Shown here: positions 7,093-16,415 of the stretch, one piece after another | Position numbering within the stretch: position 1 is the stretch's first letter | How the letters are laid out: every line of letters begins with the position of its first letter | Source of the DNA: Chthonomonadales bacterium | Lineage (GTDB): Bacteria > Armatimonadota > Chthonomonadetes > Chthonomonadales > CAJBBX01 | Assembly: GCA_037443035.1 (NCBI GenBank) | Contig: JBBIPC010000028.1 | Span: 1,712-29,592, forward strand | Length of the DNA stretch: 27,881 nt | Reading direction: 5' to 3' | Position numbers and translations under genes: made by a program | Notes under the pieces: generated by a model | Told to the model about the DNA's origin: nothing | The model's input: only the letters and a program-made list of their open reading frames with translations | Databases searched by the model: none

Positions 7093-9939
7093 ATGGTGCG
7101 CTGGCTGGGTGCGCTTCTCTTCTTCTCCATGGCCGCACGCGCACCTTCCGTCCCGCTGGTAAGCGCGAGCGATGGGCGAACTACGGTGACCGGCGCAGCG
7201 TACCGTCTGTCGTTTCGCGAAGGAGAAGGAGCCTTCGATCTCGCGTTGAAGCAGCTGGATGGTAGCTTCCGCGTGATTGGCCGGGCAGGCGGATCTCTTA
7301 CGTTGGGTCTTCTGACAGCATCTGGCGAGGAGCATCTCGATGGCAGACGCGCCACCTGGAAGATTGTCCAGAAGGGCAGTACTGTCGTTGTCGGTCAGGC
7401 TTCGCCGCTCGGCGTAGCTGGCAACACCGTCGTCGAGATGCACTACATCTGCACCGACGATGGCATTCTCGTGGGTGCGAGGGTGGCGAAATCGCAATCT
7501 CAAGGTGCCCTACTCCCCCTTCCTCGCCTGGCTCTGGATCCCTCGGAGTGGGCGGAGTATGCCTTCTACGCAGAAGATGGCCGGCTCCACACCGGGCATA
7601 TTGACGACCTGGGACCACCTTCGTCCTATGCCGGAGTCTCGCCGTGGGGAACCCATGGCGATACAGTCGCCCGCCTGGAAGTCCAGCGGCCAGCCATAGG
7701 GGTGTTCACCAAGGACGGCACCGGGCTGGCGGCGGTCTTCCTGGACTACGCGCGACGCTGGCGCAACGCCTCGGCCTTCGTGCAGAGGCACACGGCACCG
7801 GCCGTGCTCTTCTACCCAGCCTACGTCCCTCTAGAAGATGCCACCGAGAGGATGTGGTGCTGGCTCGTCCCGATGAGGGACAGTCGCCTCGATGCGTTGC
7901 GAATAGCAGACCTCGTCCGAGCCGGCGCAGAACTAACGACGTCGTTCGAACCCGTGGCACCGCCAGTACCTAACGACTGGTTCCAAGAGGTAGGCGACTT
8001 TCCGGACCGGCTGCGACGCACTGCACCTGTGCGGGACATCCGGCAGGCTGTGGTCTATACGATCAACGAGTCCACCACGTCCGAGGATGCCCTGGCCTTG
8101 GCGCGGAAGGCCGGATCGGAGGTCATGATACGTGGATGGTTCAAGTGGGCGAACGCCCCGGATCTCTCGCGGGTAAGGCACTTGCCAGCAAAGGCCCATG
8201 CCTTCGGCGCTCTGTTTGGAGGTGGCATCACCTGCAGCGCCCTGTACGACACCGAGAACGGCATCACCCACGAGCAGCTTCTGGACATGGCCACGCGTGG
8301 TCCCGACGGAGAGCTCGTGGATGCCTGGGGACAGAAGGGGGTGCGCCACGGCTCCCTCTCCAGTCCTGCCTATCTGGACTACCTGTTCCGATGGTGCAAG
8401 GAGCAAATAGACGCCGGCGCGGATGTCCTTTTCATGGACGAGCACACGGCCGCGCTGGCAGCCAATGAAGGGTTCGACGATCATAGCATCGCTGGCTTTC
8501 GAGCCTACCTGCTGGAGAAGCTCGGATGGCCACCGACCGACAGACGGTGGCAGAACCGCGGAATCCCTCTGGATGACCCGGCTGTGTGTTCCGACGGCAC
8601 CATGCGGACGTTCAACTATCGCGCATATCTTCGCAAGAAGGGTCACACGGACAACCCCTGGTCACCCGAGAACCCGCTGGCCAGGCTCTATGCCGAGTTC
8701 CGCGAATGGCGGGATGCGAGAGCGTGGCACAGCCTCACGTCTCGGATCCGCGCTTACGCAGCTTCGCTGGGCCGTCGAGTTCTCGTCAACGCCAACGGGT
8801 TCGCGCCTGAAGTCGATCTTCAGGTCGCGGGCGTGTGGAACGACACGATGATGCGAAACGGACGCATTGACCTGACGGAAGACGGGATCCCGCGCTGGCG
8901 CCAACGCATACGGAATGGTCAGCGCGTTGCAGGTAGGCCGGTACCTGTCGTCCTCTTCCACGACTGGGGCTTCGGTGACACTCCGTTTCCGTTCTTGAGC
9001 ATGCCGGTCGAAGATCGGGACCTGTGGATCCGCATCCGCGGCGCCGAAATCTATGCCGCAGGAGGGTTCTTCGCCTTCCCGGTGCTCGGTCCCTTCGGAT
9101 GCAACGCTGCACGGGATGGCACGCTCCGGACGATTCAGCGTCAGGCCATCTTCTATCGCGCACACCGGCAACTGTACACACAGGGACAGTATGTCGGTTG
9201 TCACGGCCTGAAAACGGCCGAGGAGCGGCTCAGCCTCGCTGTCTGGCAACTGTCAGGTGGCAAGACGGTCGCTATTCACGTCATCAACCGTGCTGTCGAA
9301 GACGGTCGGCTGCTGCCGAGGGTGCGTGTCCGCATCACGCTCCCTACGCCCACGTCTCCAGTCTCCGCCAGAGCTGTTTCGCCGGACTGGGACGGTGCAG
9401 TCCCAGTGCAACTACGGCGGCTCCCCGGCGGTGTCGAGGTTACACTCCCCCGCCTCGAGGCATACGCCGTCGTCCTTGTGGACTTCCGTCGTCACCCGGA
9501 CCTTGGAGGCATCACCGAACCTGCTCGGGTGACCCTCGAGGCGCGATGGGAGCGCCCCCGGCGCTCGGAGTTCCGCGTTGGACACGGTGGCATGGTGGAC
9601 GGCTCCGACGACATCCCGGGGATGCTCCAGGGCAGGCTGCATACGCACATGCGGAACCCACCGACGTTCCTCGTGGATTCGACGGCCGGTGCGACGCTGA
9701 GAATCAAGGTCGGCGCTGTTGCAACGCTCGGCGCCAGAGTGGAGGTCAGGGTGGACGGCAAGGTACTGGCGGCAGTGGATCTCCCCGACCGAGATGGCCT
9801 TAACGACAGCGAAGCGCCGGAGTACGACCGCGTCTTGACCTTCCGCATTCCAAGAGGCGGACACCGCGTGACTCTGGACAACTCAGGCGGCGACTGGGTC
9901 AGGCTCCGCTGGCTGGAGTGGAGCGTATCGTCCCGCTAG
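7093..9939 (+). CDS. Large secreted multi-domain hypothetical protein, putative glycoside hydrolase with C-terminal carbohydrate-binding-like beta-sandwich
   Basis: Signal peptide MVRWLGALLFFSMAARA. Central barrel-like motifs SPAYLDYLFRWCKEQIDAGADVLFMDE and FRAYL. Beta-rich C-terminus ending GGHRVTLDNSGGDWV. Starts 5 nt after the SGNH stop. Confidence 0.6.
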   Translation: MVRWLGALLFFSMAARAPSVPLVSASDGRTTVTGAAYRLSFREGEGAFDLALKQLDGSFRVIGRAGGSLTLGLLTASGEEHLDGRRATWKIVQKGSTVVVGQASPLGVAGNTVVEMHYICTDDGILVGARVAKSQSQGALLPLPRLALDPSEWAEYAFYAEDGRLHTGHIDDLGPPSSYAGVSPWGTHGDTVARLEVQRPAIGVFTKDGTGLAAVFLDYARRWRNASAFVQRHTAPAVLFYPAYVPLEDATERMWCWLVPMRDSRLDALRIADLVRAGAELTTSFEPVAPPVPNDWFQEVGDFPDRLRRTAPVRDIRQAVVYTINESTTSEDALALARKAGSEVMIRGWFKWANAPDLSRVRHLPAKAHAFGALFGGGITCSALYDTENGITHEQLLDMATRGPDGELVDAWGQKGVRHGSLSSPAYLDYLFRWCKEQIDAGADVLFMDEHTAALAANEGFDDHSIAGFRAYLLEKLGWPPTDRRWQNRGIPLDDPAVCSDGTMRTFNYRAYLRKKGHTDNPWSPENPLARLYAEFREWRDARAWHSLTSRIRAYAASLGRRVLVNANGFAPEVDLQVAGVWNDTMMRNGRIDLTEDGIPRWRQRIRNGQRVAGRPVPVVLFHDWGFGDTPFPFLSMPVEDRDLWIRIRGAEIYAAGGFFAFPVLGPFGCNAARDGTLRTIQRQAIFYRAHRQLYTQGQYVGCHGLKTAEERLSLAVWQLSGGKTVAIHVINRAVEDGRLLPRVRVRITLPTPTSPVSARAVSPDWDGAVPVQLRRLPGGVEVTLPRLEAYAVVLVDFRRHPDLGGITEPARVTLEARWERPRRSEFRVGHGGMVDGSDDIPGMLQGRLHTHMRNPPTFLVDSTAGATLRIKVGAVATLGARVEVRVDGKVLAAVDLPDRDGLNDSEAPEYDRVLTFRIPRGGHRVTLDNSGGDWVRLRWLEWSVSSR

Positions 9940-10125
9940 ATGCTGCAAACACCCGGTGCGACAGCCTGCGTCCGCCGGGCCGTTTCCGGAACATGGCCCT
10001 GACAACCGGCGTCTGACGGTTGCTGGACGGCCACGTGAGCGGGATCCGATAGTCGCATACGGGACCGAAGGTAATATACTAACAGGAACTGCCGGCGTGC
10101 CATCACGTCGGCCATTAGGTAAGCA

Positions 10126-11295
10126 TTGGGCTCGGATACATACGGATATCTGGCAGCCGGCCTGTACTGGGTGCTCATCCTCTGCTGGCTGACCATTCTC
10201 ATCTTCTACTGGCGCGAGTACCGGCGTCTCAGAGGGCTGGGCACTATCGTCAGCACCATGCTCGTCGTCGTGTTCCTCGACGGCGCAAGAACCTTGTTGG
10301 AGAGCGTCTACTTCGGTACCGTCTACACAGCCCGCGCAGGTATCTTCCCCCGGTTCATGTTCGAGCTCCTCAGCGAGCCACAGCTCGTCATGGTGCCGAA
10401 GCTCGTCAACCTGGCGGCTGCCACCATCATTATCATGGTGCTCGTTCGGCAGTGGTTTCCTGCCATGCGAAAGGAGCTCGATCAGCAGCGGGAGCTGAGC
10501 CGCCTCTACGAGGAGCTGCAGCAGACCCATGAAAGGATGAAGCAGGCGCACGAGGAGTTGAGCCGCGCCCACGAGGAGCTGCGCGCAGCCAGAGAAGCGC
10601 AGGAAGCCCTCACCCACATGATCGTCCATGACATGCGGACACCGCTGACAAGCATCATCACCGGGCTCCAGACCGTGCAGCAGACCGACTACGATCCCGA
10701 ACTCACGCCGGAACTCGTCGAGAGCGCTCTGGCTGGCGCAGACCGGCTCCTTCTCATGGTCAACGACCTCCTCGACATCGGGAAGATGGAGGCCGGGATG
10801 ATGACCGTGAACACCGAGGTCTTCTCGGTGCAGGAACCCATTGACCTCGCCATCAGCCTCGTAGACGCACTCGCCCGCGAGAAGCAGATCGCTGTTCAGT
10901 GCGTCAACGCCATTCGGAGCGCAGGCAGCGACGACCGTGTGCAGGCTGATCGGGAGCTTGTGCGCCGCGTCGTGGTGAACCTCTTGGGCAACGCGCTCCG
11001 CTTCACGCCTCGAGAGGGGACCATTACGCTTGCCATCGAGCAGGCCGGACGCTCATCTGTCCGTGTCTCCGTCACGGATACAGGCCCAGGGGTCCCACCT
11101 GAGCATCAGCAACGGATCTTCGAGAAGTTCCATCAGGTCAATAACGGCGGGTCCAACGGTGGGAACTCGACTGGCCTTGGTCTGACCTTCTGCAAGATGG
11201 CCGTGGAAATCCTCGGAGGTCAGATTGGTGTCAAGAGTGTGCCGGGCGAAGGAAGCACGTTCTGGTTCACGTTGCCAGCCGGTACTGCTGGCTAG
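10126..11295 (+). CDS. Membrane-bound sensor histidine kinase (HisKA + HATPase_c)
   Basis: H-box HDMRTPLT, N-box NLLGNALRF, G1 DTGPGV, F-box IFEKF and G2 GLGL. About 3 TM helices at the N-terminus followed by a coiled coil. TTG start with an in-frame TAA just upstream. Confidence 0.92.
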   Translation: MGSDTYGYLAAGLYWVLILCWLTILIFYWREYRRLRGLGTIVSTMLVVVFLDGARTLLESVYFGTVYTARAGIFPRFMFELLSEPQLVMVPKLVNLAAATIIIMVLVRQWFPAMRKELDQQRELSRLYEELQQTHERMKQAHEELSRAHEELRAAREAQEALTHMIVHDMRTPLTSIITGLQTVQQTDYDPELTPELVESALAGADRLLLMVNDLLDIGKMEAGMMTVNTEVFSVQEPIDLAISLVDALAREKQIAVQCVNAIRSAGSDDRVQADRELVRRVVVNLLGNALRFTPREGTITLAIEQAGRSSVRVSVTDTGPGVPPEHQQRIFEKFHQVNNGGSNGGNSTGLGLTFCKMAVEILGGQIGVKSVPGEGSTFWFTLPAGTAG

Positions 11296-11319
11296 AAGGT
11301 GCCTCCACGCCCTGGGTAG

Positions 11320-13329
11320 CTACCAGTTGATGGGATAGGCGCTGATTCCCGTGAAGCAGCCAACGACGGTCGTCAGGCCACCTGCCACGAAGTCGCCGAC
11401 GATCACACCATAGAAGAATGGAAGCGACTGGCGATAGAGTCGCATGCCGCCGTATCGCAGGACCACGAGCTTGGCAGTCCATGCGATGAAAAACGGCAGC
11501 CAGACCTGATTCATGGTGGGTGTGTTGGCGATGGCGTAGCCCACAGGGTGGAAGACCCACCACGTGAACTGCGCACGGAGCAGCAGCAGGGCTGTCGTGA
11601 CGGCGAATCCCGCACCGGCCGCCATGGTCCCTGGTAGATCCGTTTTCACCGGTGTGGCTAGCGCGTCATGAAGCTGGTCGAACGGTTGTCGGCCCATGTA
11701 CGTGCGCCAGCTATCTGTCTTCGCGCCTGCGCCGTAGTGATACCAGATCATCAGCGCAATGGCGAACGAGATCACTACGCCAAGCGCAATCGCCAGGACG
11801 AGCGCCCACGTGAGACGCCGCTTGGAGGCGCCGATCATGTCGGCCATCTTGTAAGCGTCCGACTGGTTCGGCATGGAAAGGCAGCGTAGGTCGAAACTCG
11901 CGATGGCACTCCTGAGGTACGCCAGCACTGTCAGGTCCGCAGGCGTGTACACCGTCGTGCCGAATGTGGTCGTCATGAGACGGTAGGCGTCTACGTCAGG
12001 GCCGAACAACCACGCGTTACCGGTCTCCGCTCGAATGCGCGCCGCAGCGATCATGTATAGGAAGGACAGCAACAGAGCGAAAACGGCCACCCATGGCCGC
12101 ATGCCAGCCGCCACGCACCACGTCACGAGTAGACCCAAAGACATCACCAACCCGACGAATGCCCACCGGTAGGACATGGGCTCGTCGGAGTCATCGTCTG
12201 GCGTCTTGAGCGTTCCCGTTCGTGGCCTTCTGCGTCGCCATGCGATGGCCCAGACCTCCGCAAGGTAGTGACGGGATAGCCACAGTCCGAATATAGTAAG
12301 CGCCAGAAACGCCCCTGCTCCCTGATGGCCGATGAAAGGCCAGGCGCTCTGTCCGCCCGCTGTCGCACCGGCGGAGATGCCCGTGGCACTTCCGAAGACC
12401 GCTTCTAGCTTCGTCACGAGCCAGAAAAACCAGCAGCTGAACGTGATGTCGACCGACAGCAGATACGCAATGCCTATGACGAAGGGATAGAAAGATATCG
12501 GTGTGTAGCCTATGGCGTTCCACGGAGCAGAGGTGAGCATCTGGCCGATATCTGGTTGGTCTGCAGTACGGGTCGGTATGTACGGAACAGCAGGCACGTT
12601 GAGATGGAATGTGTTCATCACGTCGATCGAGAACGGGATGGCGAACCCCAGCCACAGGAGCCGATTCCTGAAGAACCCCGCCTGCTCCCGTATCATCTCC
12701 ACGGGCACGACCACTGTCGGGAACGTCAACCTCTCACGGTCCACCCACTGGCGTCGAAGGATCGCCACGATGCAGAGCGTTGCCAGTGCGACCAAGACCA
12801 TGAAAACGGTCCACGCCAAGATCTGCTGCCGCCATAGTGCCCACGGAACAGTGGCGTTGCCGACATAGAACCCGTAAAGGGCTGCCTTGTCCTTCTGGGC
12901 AATCCAGTCCTTGATGTACGGATGGAACAGCGTGGCCCACGCGTTGCTATCGTTGGCGTAGTAGAAAGCCGCGGTGATTGTCGGCACAATGAAGTGCAGG
13001 CCACCCGAAGAGCTGATGACCGTAGACACTGTCATCATGACGTAGAGGACGAGCAGCTCGACTCGCGTGAACGCTAGTGGCTTCAGAAACCGAGTGACAA
13101 CGATGTTGACGACGATGAGCAGAAAGAGGATGTTGAAGGCGCCGATAGGGATGCTCGTACCTGCCAGGGCGGTATGGCCGCGTCCACCGAGAACGAGCTC
13201 CGCCCAGTGAAGCCATAAGTCCGTCACCGCCGTCAGGATAATTCCAAGCAAGACCGCCCGCCAGGTGATCCGGGAGCCGCCTGCAGTTCCACGTTGCGCT
13301 GCGCCAGGCTCCCGCGGCACGTCCGTCAC
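11320..13329 (-). CDS. Polytopic membrane protein, DUF6785/DUF6784-like (putative peptide-transporter-like)
   Basis: Many TM helices. Motifs ITWRAVLLG, LRRQWVDRERLTFP, RIRAETG, FHPVGYA and VLRYGGMRLYRQSLPFFYG, which I recall from this family. The GTG start at 13329 overlaps the upstream TGA (GTGA). Confidence 0.75.
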   Translation of the reverse strand: MTDVPREPGAAQRGTAGGSRITWRAVLLGIILTAVTDLWLHWAELVLGGRGHTALAGTSIPIGAFNILFLLIVVNIVVTRFLKPLAFTRVELLVLYVMMTVSTVISSSGGLHFIVPTITAAFYYANDSNAWATLFHPYIKDWIAQKDKAALYGFYVGNATVPWALWRQQILAWTVFMVLVALATLCIVAILRRQWVDRERLTFPTVVVPVEMIREQAGFFRNRLLWLGFAIPFSIDVMNTFHLNVPAVPYIPTRTADQPDIGQMLTSAPWNAIGYTPISFYPFVIGIAYLLSVDITFSCWFFWLVTKLEAVFGSATGISAGATAGGQSAWPFIGHQGAGAFLALTIFGLWLSRHYLAEVWAIAWRRRRPRTGTLKTPDDDSDEPMSYRWAFVGLVMSLGLLVTWCVAAGMRPWVAVFALLLSFLYMIAAARIRAETGNAWLFGPDVDAYRLMTTTFGTTVYTPADLTVLAYLRSAIASFDLRCLSMPNQSDAYKMADMIGASKRRLTWALVLAIALGVVISFAIALMIWYHYGAGAKTDSWRTYMGRQPFDQLHDALATPVKTDLPGTMAAGAGFAVTTALLLLRAQFTWWVFHPVGYAIANTPTMNQVWLPFFIAWTAKLVVLRYGGMRLYRQSLPFFYGVIVGDFVAGGLTTVVGCFTGISAYPINW

Positions 13330-13931
13330 TGTGCTGCCACCCGAATCGTCTGGAGCTTGCCGCTGGAGAAACTCAGCACGGCAGCCCACCGTCGGACGCC
13401 CGCAGACTCCGACGCAGATCCATCTCGCTTGTCGTCATGCTTGAGGGGTACGCGCCAGATGAGCTCGTCTCTCGCGGACTCCGGCGATGGCAGTTCGCTT
13501 GTGAGCGCCAGCACTCTCTTGCGTGCCATTCCCGGAGTGATGGCGCCCATCCACCCCAAGTCGCGAACATAGCCGTGGATGCGCGGTGTCACAGTGTCGG
13601 CGGCCAGGGCTTTGCGAGATCGTGCCTCCAGTGCGAGTGTAGAGACTATGTCGGCGTCTAGGGGTGCCGACGGGAACGTTGCGCGCACCACACAACCTGC
13701 CGCCGGCCATGCCCAACATAGCCCTTTCCCCCCATGCATGGGTGCCCCGGACCCCAGGCGCTTGCGAAGGTCTCCCGCTGTGGAAACGCCCACCGTGACT
13801 CCAGCGATTCGCGCAATACGCGGGAAGTCGTCCGGCTTGCCCAACAGGGCGTTCGCTGCGGCGATGGCGCACGCCAACACCGCCAGTGGGATGACCCCCG
13901 GCGAGACGCTGCCGGCCACTACCCGACCCAA
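13326..13931 (-). CDS. Hypothetical exported protein (start uncertain: 13919, 13931 or 14021)
   Basis: Hydrophobic signal-like stretch VIPLAVLACAIAAANALL. Its stop overlaps the start of the DUF6785-like gene, which implies translational coupling. Confidence 0.55.
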   Translation of the reverse strand: MGRVVAGSVSPGVIPLAVLACAIAAANALLGKPDDFPRIARIAGVTVGVSTAGDLRKRLGSGAPMHGGKGLCWAWPAAGCVVRATFPSAPLDADIVSTLALEARSRKALAADTVTPRIHGYVRDLGWMGAITPGMARKRVLALTSELPSPESARDELIWRVPLKHDDKRDGSASESAGVRRWAAVLSFSSGKLQTIRVAAQ

Positions 13932-14063
13932 GCCACAGCGAGAACCGCCGGTGCTTCGCTTCCAAACTAACCAGCAGGGCAGAGAGCATCTGGTCCGCCC
14001 TTGCTCAGAGGTATGATGCATGTTCGTGAAATACCCTACTATCCGCCATGGAGCCCCCATGCC

Positions 14064-15224
14064 TTGAACGGCAAGACAAGGGACTGGCGTTTGTTCGGCA
14101 CGGCCACATTCTGCTACGCGTTCGGCTTCGCCGTGTACAACGGTCTATTTCAGAACTTCTTCCGCGAAATCCTGCATGGCGAACCCGGCCAACTGGGTGT
14201 GCTCGAGTCCTTGCGAGAAGTGCCCGGCTTGCTGACGGCTTTCACTGCAGGCATCCTGGCCATGGTATCCGAGACGCGCATCGGCAGTCTGGCCCTGCTC
14301 GTCTCCGCGGCGGGTATTGCCGCCACAGGTTTCGCGCCTTCCTACTGGCCACTCGTTGCCATCACCGTTTTCTGGTCGGTGGGAATGCACCTGTGGTTCA
14401 GCCTATCACCAGCCATCACTCTGGCGCTCGCGGAAGGCAAGGAGGGTGGCCGACACCTGGGACGCATGGCCGGCATTGGAGCCGTGGCCGTCCTGGCTGC
14501 CCTTGGCATCACGCGAATCGTGAAACCCTTCCTTTCCTACCAGTCTCTCTTTCTCGTGGCGGGGGGGCTGATCTTCGTCGCAGGTGCTATGGCCTCGTTC
14601 ATTCGCCACCGCGAACGTCCACGGAATGGTCCGCGGCTCCTGCTGCGGAAGGAGTACAGACTATTCTACTGGCTCACGTTTCTCGAGGGCTGCCGGCGTC
14701 AGATCTTCGGGACCTTCGCTCCATTCGTGCTCATTGTTGTGTACCGATCGCGTGTGGAGACCATGCTCACCCTGGCCCTCGTCAACTCGGCCGTCTCGAC
14801 CCTGGCTGCACCTGCAATCGGGCGCTGGATCGATCGGCTGGGGGAGCGAAGGATGCTGACACTCTACTACCTAGCCCTGATCGCCGTATTCACGGGCTAC
14901 GCCGTCATTCCCAAGGTTGACGTCCTCTACGGCCTCTACATGCTCGACAATCTCCTCTTCGCGTTCGCTATCGCCATTACCACGTACTTGAACGGCATCG
15001 TACGCGAAGGGGAGATGACCCCGACTCTGACAATGGGTACAACGATGAATCACGTAGCAGCAGTGGTGGTACCGGTTACTGGCGGAATGCTCTGGAAGGT
15101 TGCGGGTGATTTCCGCATACCTTTCTGGATCGGAATCGGCGTGGTGTTGCTATCGCTCGATGCTGCCAGGCGCATTCCTCGAGCGGCACAGGCAAACGCC
15201 CAACCGGAGGCGCCCCGTCCGTAG
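14064..15224 (+). CDS. MFS transporter
   Basis: About 12 hydrophobic segments and an MFS motif-A-like loop GRWIDRLGERRML. Start placed at TTG 14064 after GGAG; upstream ATGs are alternatives. Confidence 0.85.
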   Translation: MNGKTRDWRLFGTATFCYAFGFAVYNGLFQNFFREILHGEPGQLGVLESLREVPGLLTAFTAGILAMVSETRIGSLALLVSAAGIAATGFAPSYWPLVAITVFWSVGMHLWFSLSPAITLALAEGKEGGRHLGRMAGIGAVAVLAALGITRIVKPFLSYQSLFLVAGGLIFVAGAMASFIRHRERPRNGPRLLLRKEYRLFYWLTFLEGCRRQIFGTFAPFVLIVVYRSRVETMLTLALVNSAVSTLAAPAIGRWIDRLGERRMLTLYYLALIAVFTGYAVIPKVDVLYGLYMLDNLLFAFAIAITTYLNGIVREGEMTPTLTMGTTMNHVAAVVVPVTGGMLWKVAGDFRIPFWIGIGVVLLSLDAARRIPRAAQANAQPEAPRP

Positions 15225-15286
15225 GTTACGTATTCAGCAGTATCGTGCAGTCTCGCGGCTCGAGCCGCTCCGAAAGGAAAGCAACC

Positions 15287-15745
15287 ATGAAGTCTACCCT
15301 GACCGAGATAGCCGAGGCGGTGGACATGGCCAGGAAGCGCCTGCTGTGGGCGCTCTCCCATGTTCCGGAGGACCGTCTGGCCTGGTCACCTGCACCAACG
15401 GCCAAGACGACGATGCAGATCGTCGGTCACGTAACCTCGGCCAATCGGTTCTTTCTGTCAGTTCTAGAGAACTCTGCTCCGCAGGATGCGACTGCTCCTG
15501 ACGGTGACGTTCCCACCACCCGCGAGGAAGCAGTCACTAGCATTGACGCAACGACAGATGCACTCCTGGATGCCATTCGCTCGCTGAAGCCTGAGGACCT
15601 GGAGGCCAAGCGAACCACGCCCATGGGCGAGATATCCGTGAGCTTCGTCCTGCGCATTGCGCCGCTGCATACTTTCGGTCACGCGGCGCAGATCGAGTAC
15701 CTTCAGTCATGCTGGGGCGACACGGATTTTCACTGGAACGACTAG
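15287..15745 (+). CDS. DinB/YfiT-family protein
   Basis: His triad pattern (GH...HTFGHAAQI) and the W-x-P motif WSPAPTAKT. AAAGGA RBS before ATG 15287. Confidence 0.85.
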   Translation: MKSTLTEIAEAVDMARKRLLWALSHVPEDRLAWSPAPTAKTTMQIVGHVTSANRFFLSVLENSAPQDATAPDGDVPTTREEAVTSIDATTDALLDAIRSLKPEDLEAKRTTPMGEISVSFVLRIAPLHTFGHAAQIEYLQSCWGDTDFHWND

Positions 15746-15749
15746 CTCC

Positions 15750-16364
15750 CTAGCACCGAATCCCGCGCTGGTTCAGGGCCTGAACGATCCGAACAACGGC
15801 GTCGTCCACGTCGTTACCGCTCACTAGTACATCGGCCGCTCGCCGAGTGGGCAGCACGTACCGCCGGTGCATGGGCCATACGCTCGCGTGCCACTGAGTG
15901 AGCACGCTCTCCGGGCTGCGGCCTCTCTCGAGATTGTCGCGCCGTACGCGCCTCCTCAGGCATTCCTCAGGCCCAATGTCCACGTACACACGAACGCTCG
16001 CGAGGCGTCGCAGAGCACTCCAGTGGAGCACGAGCGTCCCCTCCACAAGAACAAAGGGAGCCGGAGCAAGCTGGCGTATCGCGGGCGTTCGGCAGTGTTT
16101 CGTGAAATCGTAGGTCGGCACGTCCACCGCACGGCCGAGAGACAGACTACGCACAGCCGAGGCGAGAGCGCGGCGATCGACGGCACCCGGCCTGTCGAAG
16201 TTGGACCGAGCTCGCGTTTCCTCTGGAAGATGCTGCAAATCGTGGTAGAAGTCGTCCTGGTTGACGGTGACGCACCGATCCGAGCCGAGACGGCACTCGA
16301 GGGCCCGCGCCAGGTTCGTCTTGCCGCTGCACGTCGGGCCCCCGATGAGTATTACGACTGCCAT
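15750..16364 (-). CDS. udk: Uridine(-cytidine) kinase
   Basis: Walker A GGPTCSGKT plus QDDFY, NFDRP, PTYDFTKH, VEG, RRVRRD..ERGR and PMHRRYVLP motifs. Confidence 0.88.
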   Translation of the reverse strand: MAVVILIGGPTCSGKTNLARALECRLGSDRCVTVNQDDFYHDLQHLPEETRARSNFDRPGAVDRRALASAVRSLSLGRAVDVPTYDFTKHCRTPAIRQLAPAPFVLVEGTLVLHWSALRRLASVRVYVDIGPEECLRRRVRRDNLERGRSPESVLTQWHASVWPMHRRYVLPTRRAADVLVSGNDVDDAVVRIVQALNQRGIRC

Positions 16365-16415
16365 GCCAAGCTGGGCTCGCGTTGCGTGGTACGGACGTAG
16401 TGAAACGCCGCCGCC

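Noticed and set aside
9940..10070. c-di-GMP or ZTP riboswitch in the intergenic region
   Set aside because: The conserved cores of those classes could not be matched on either strand.
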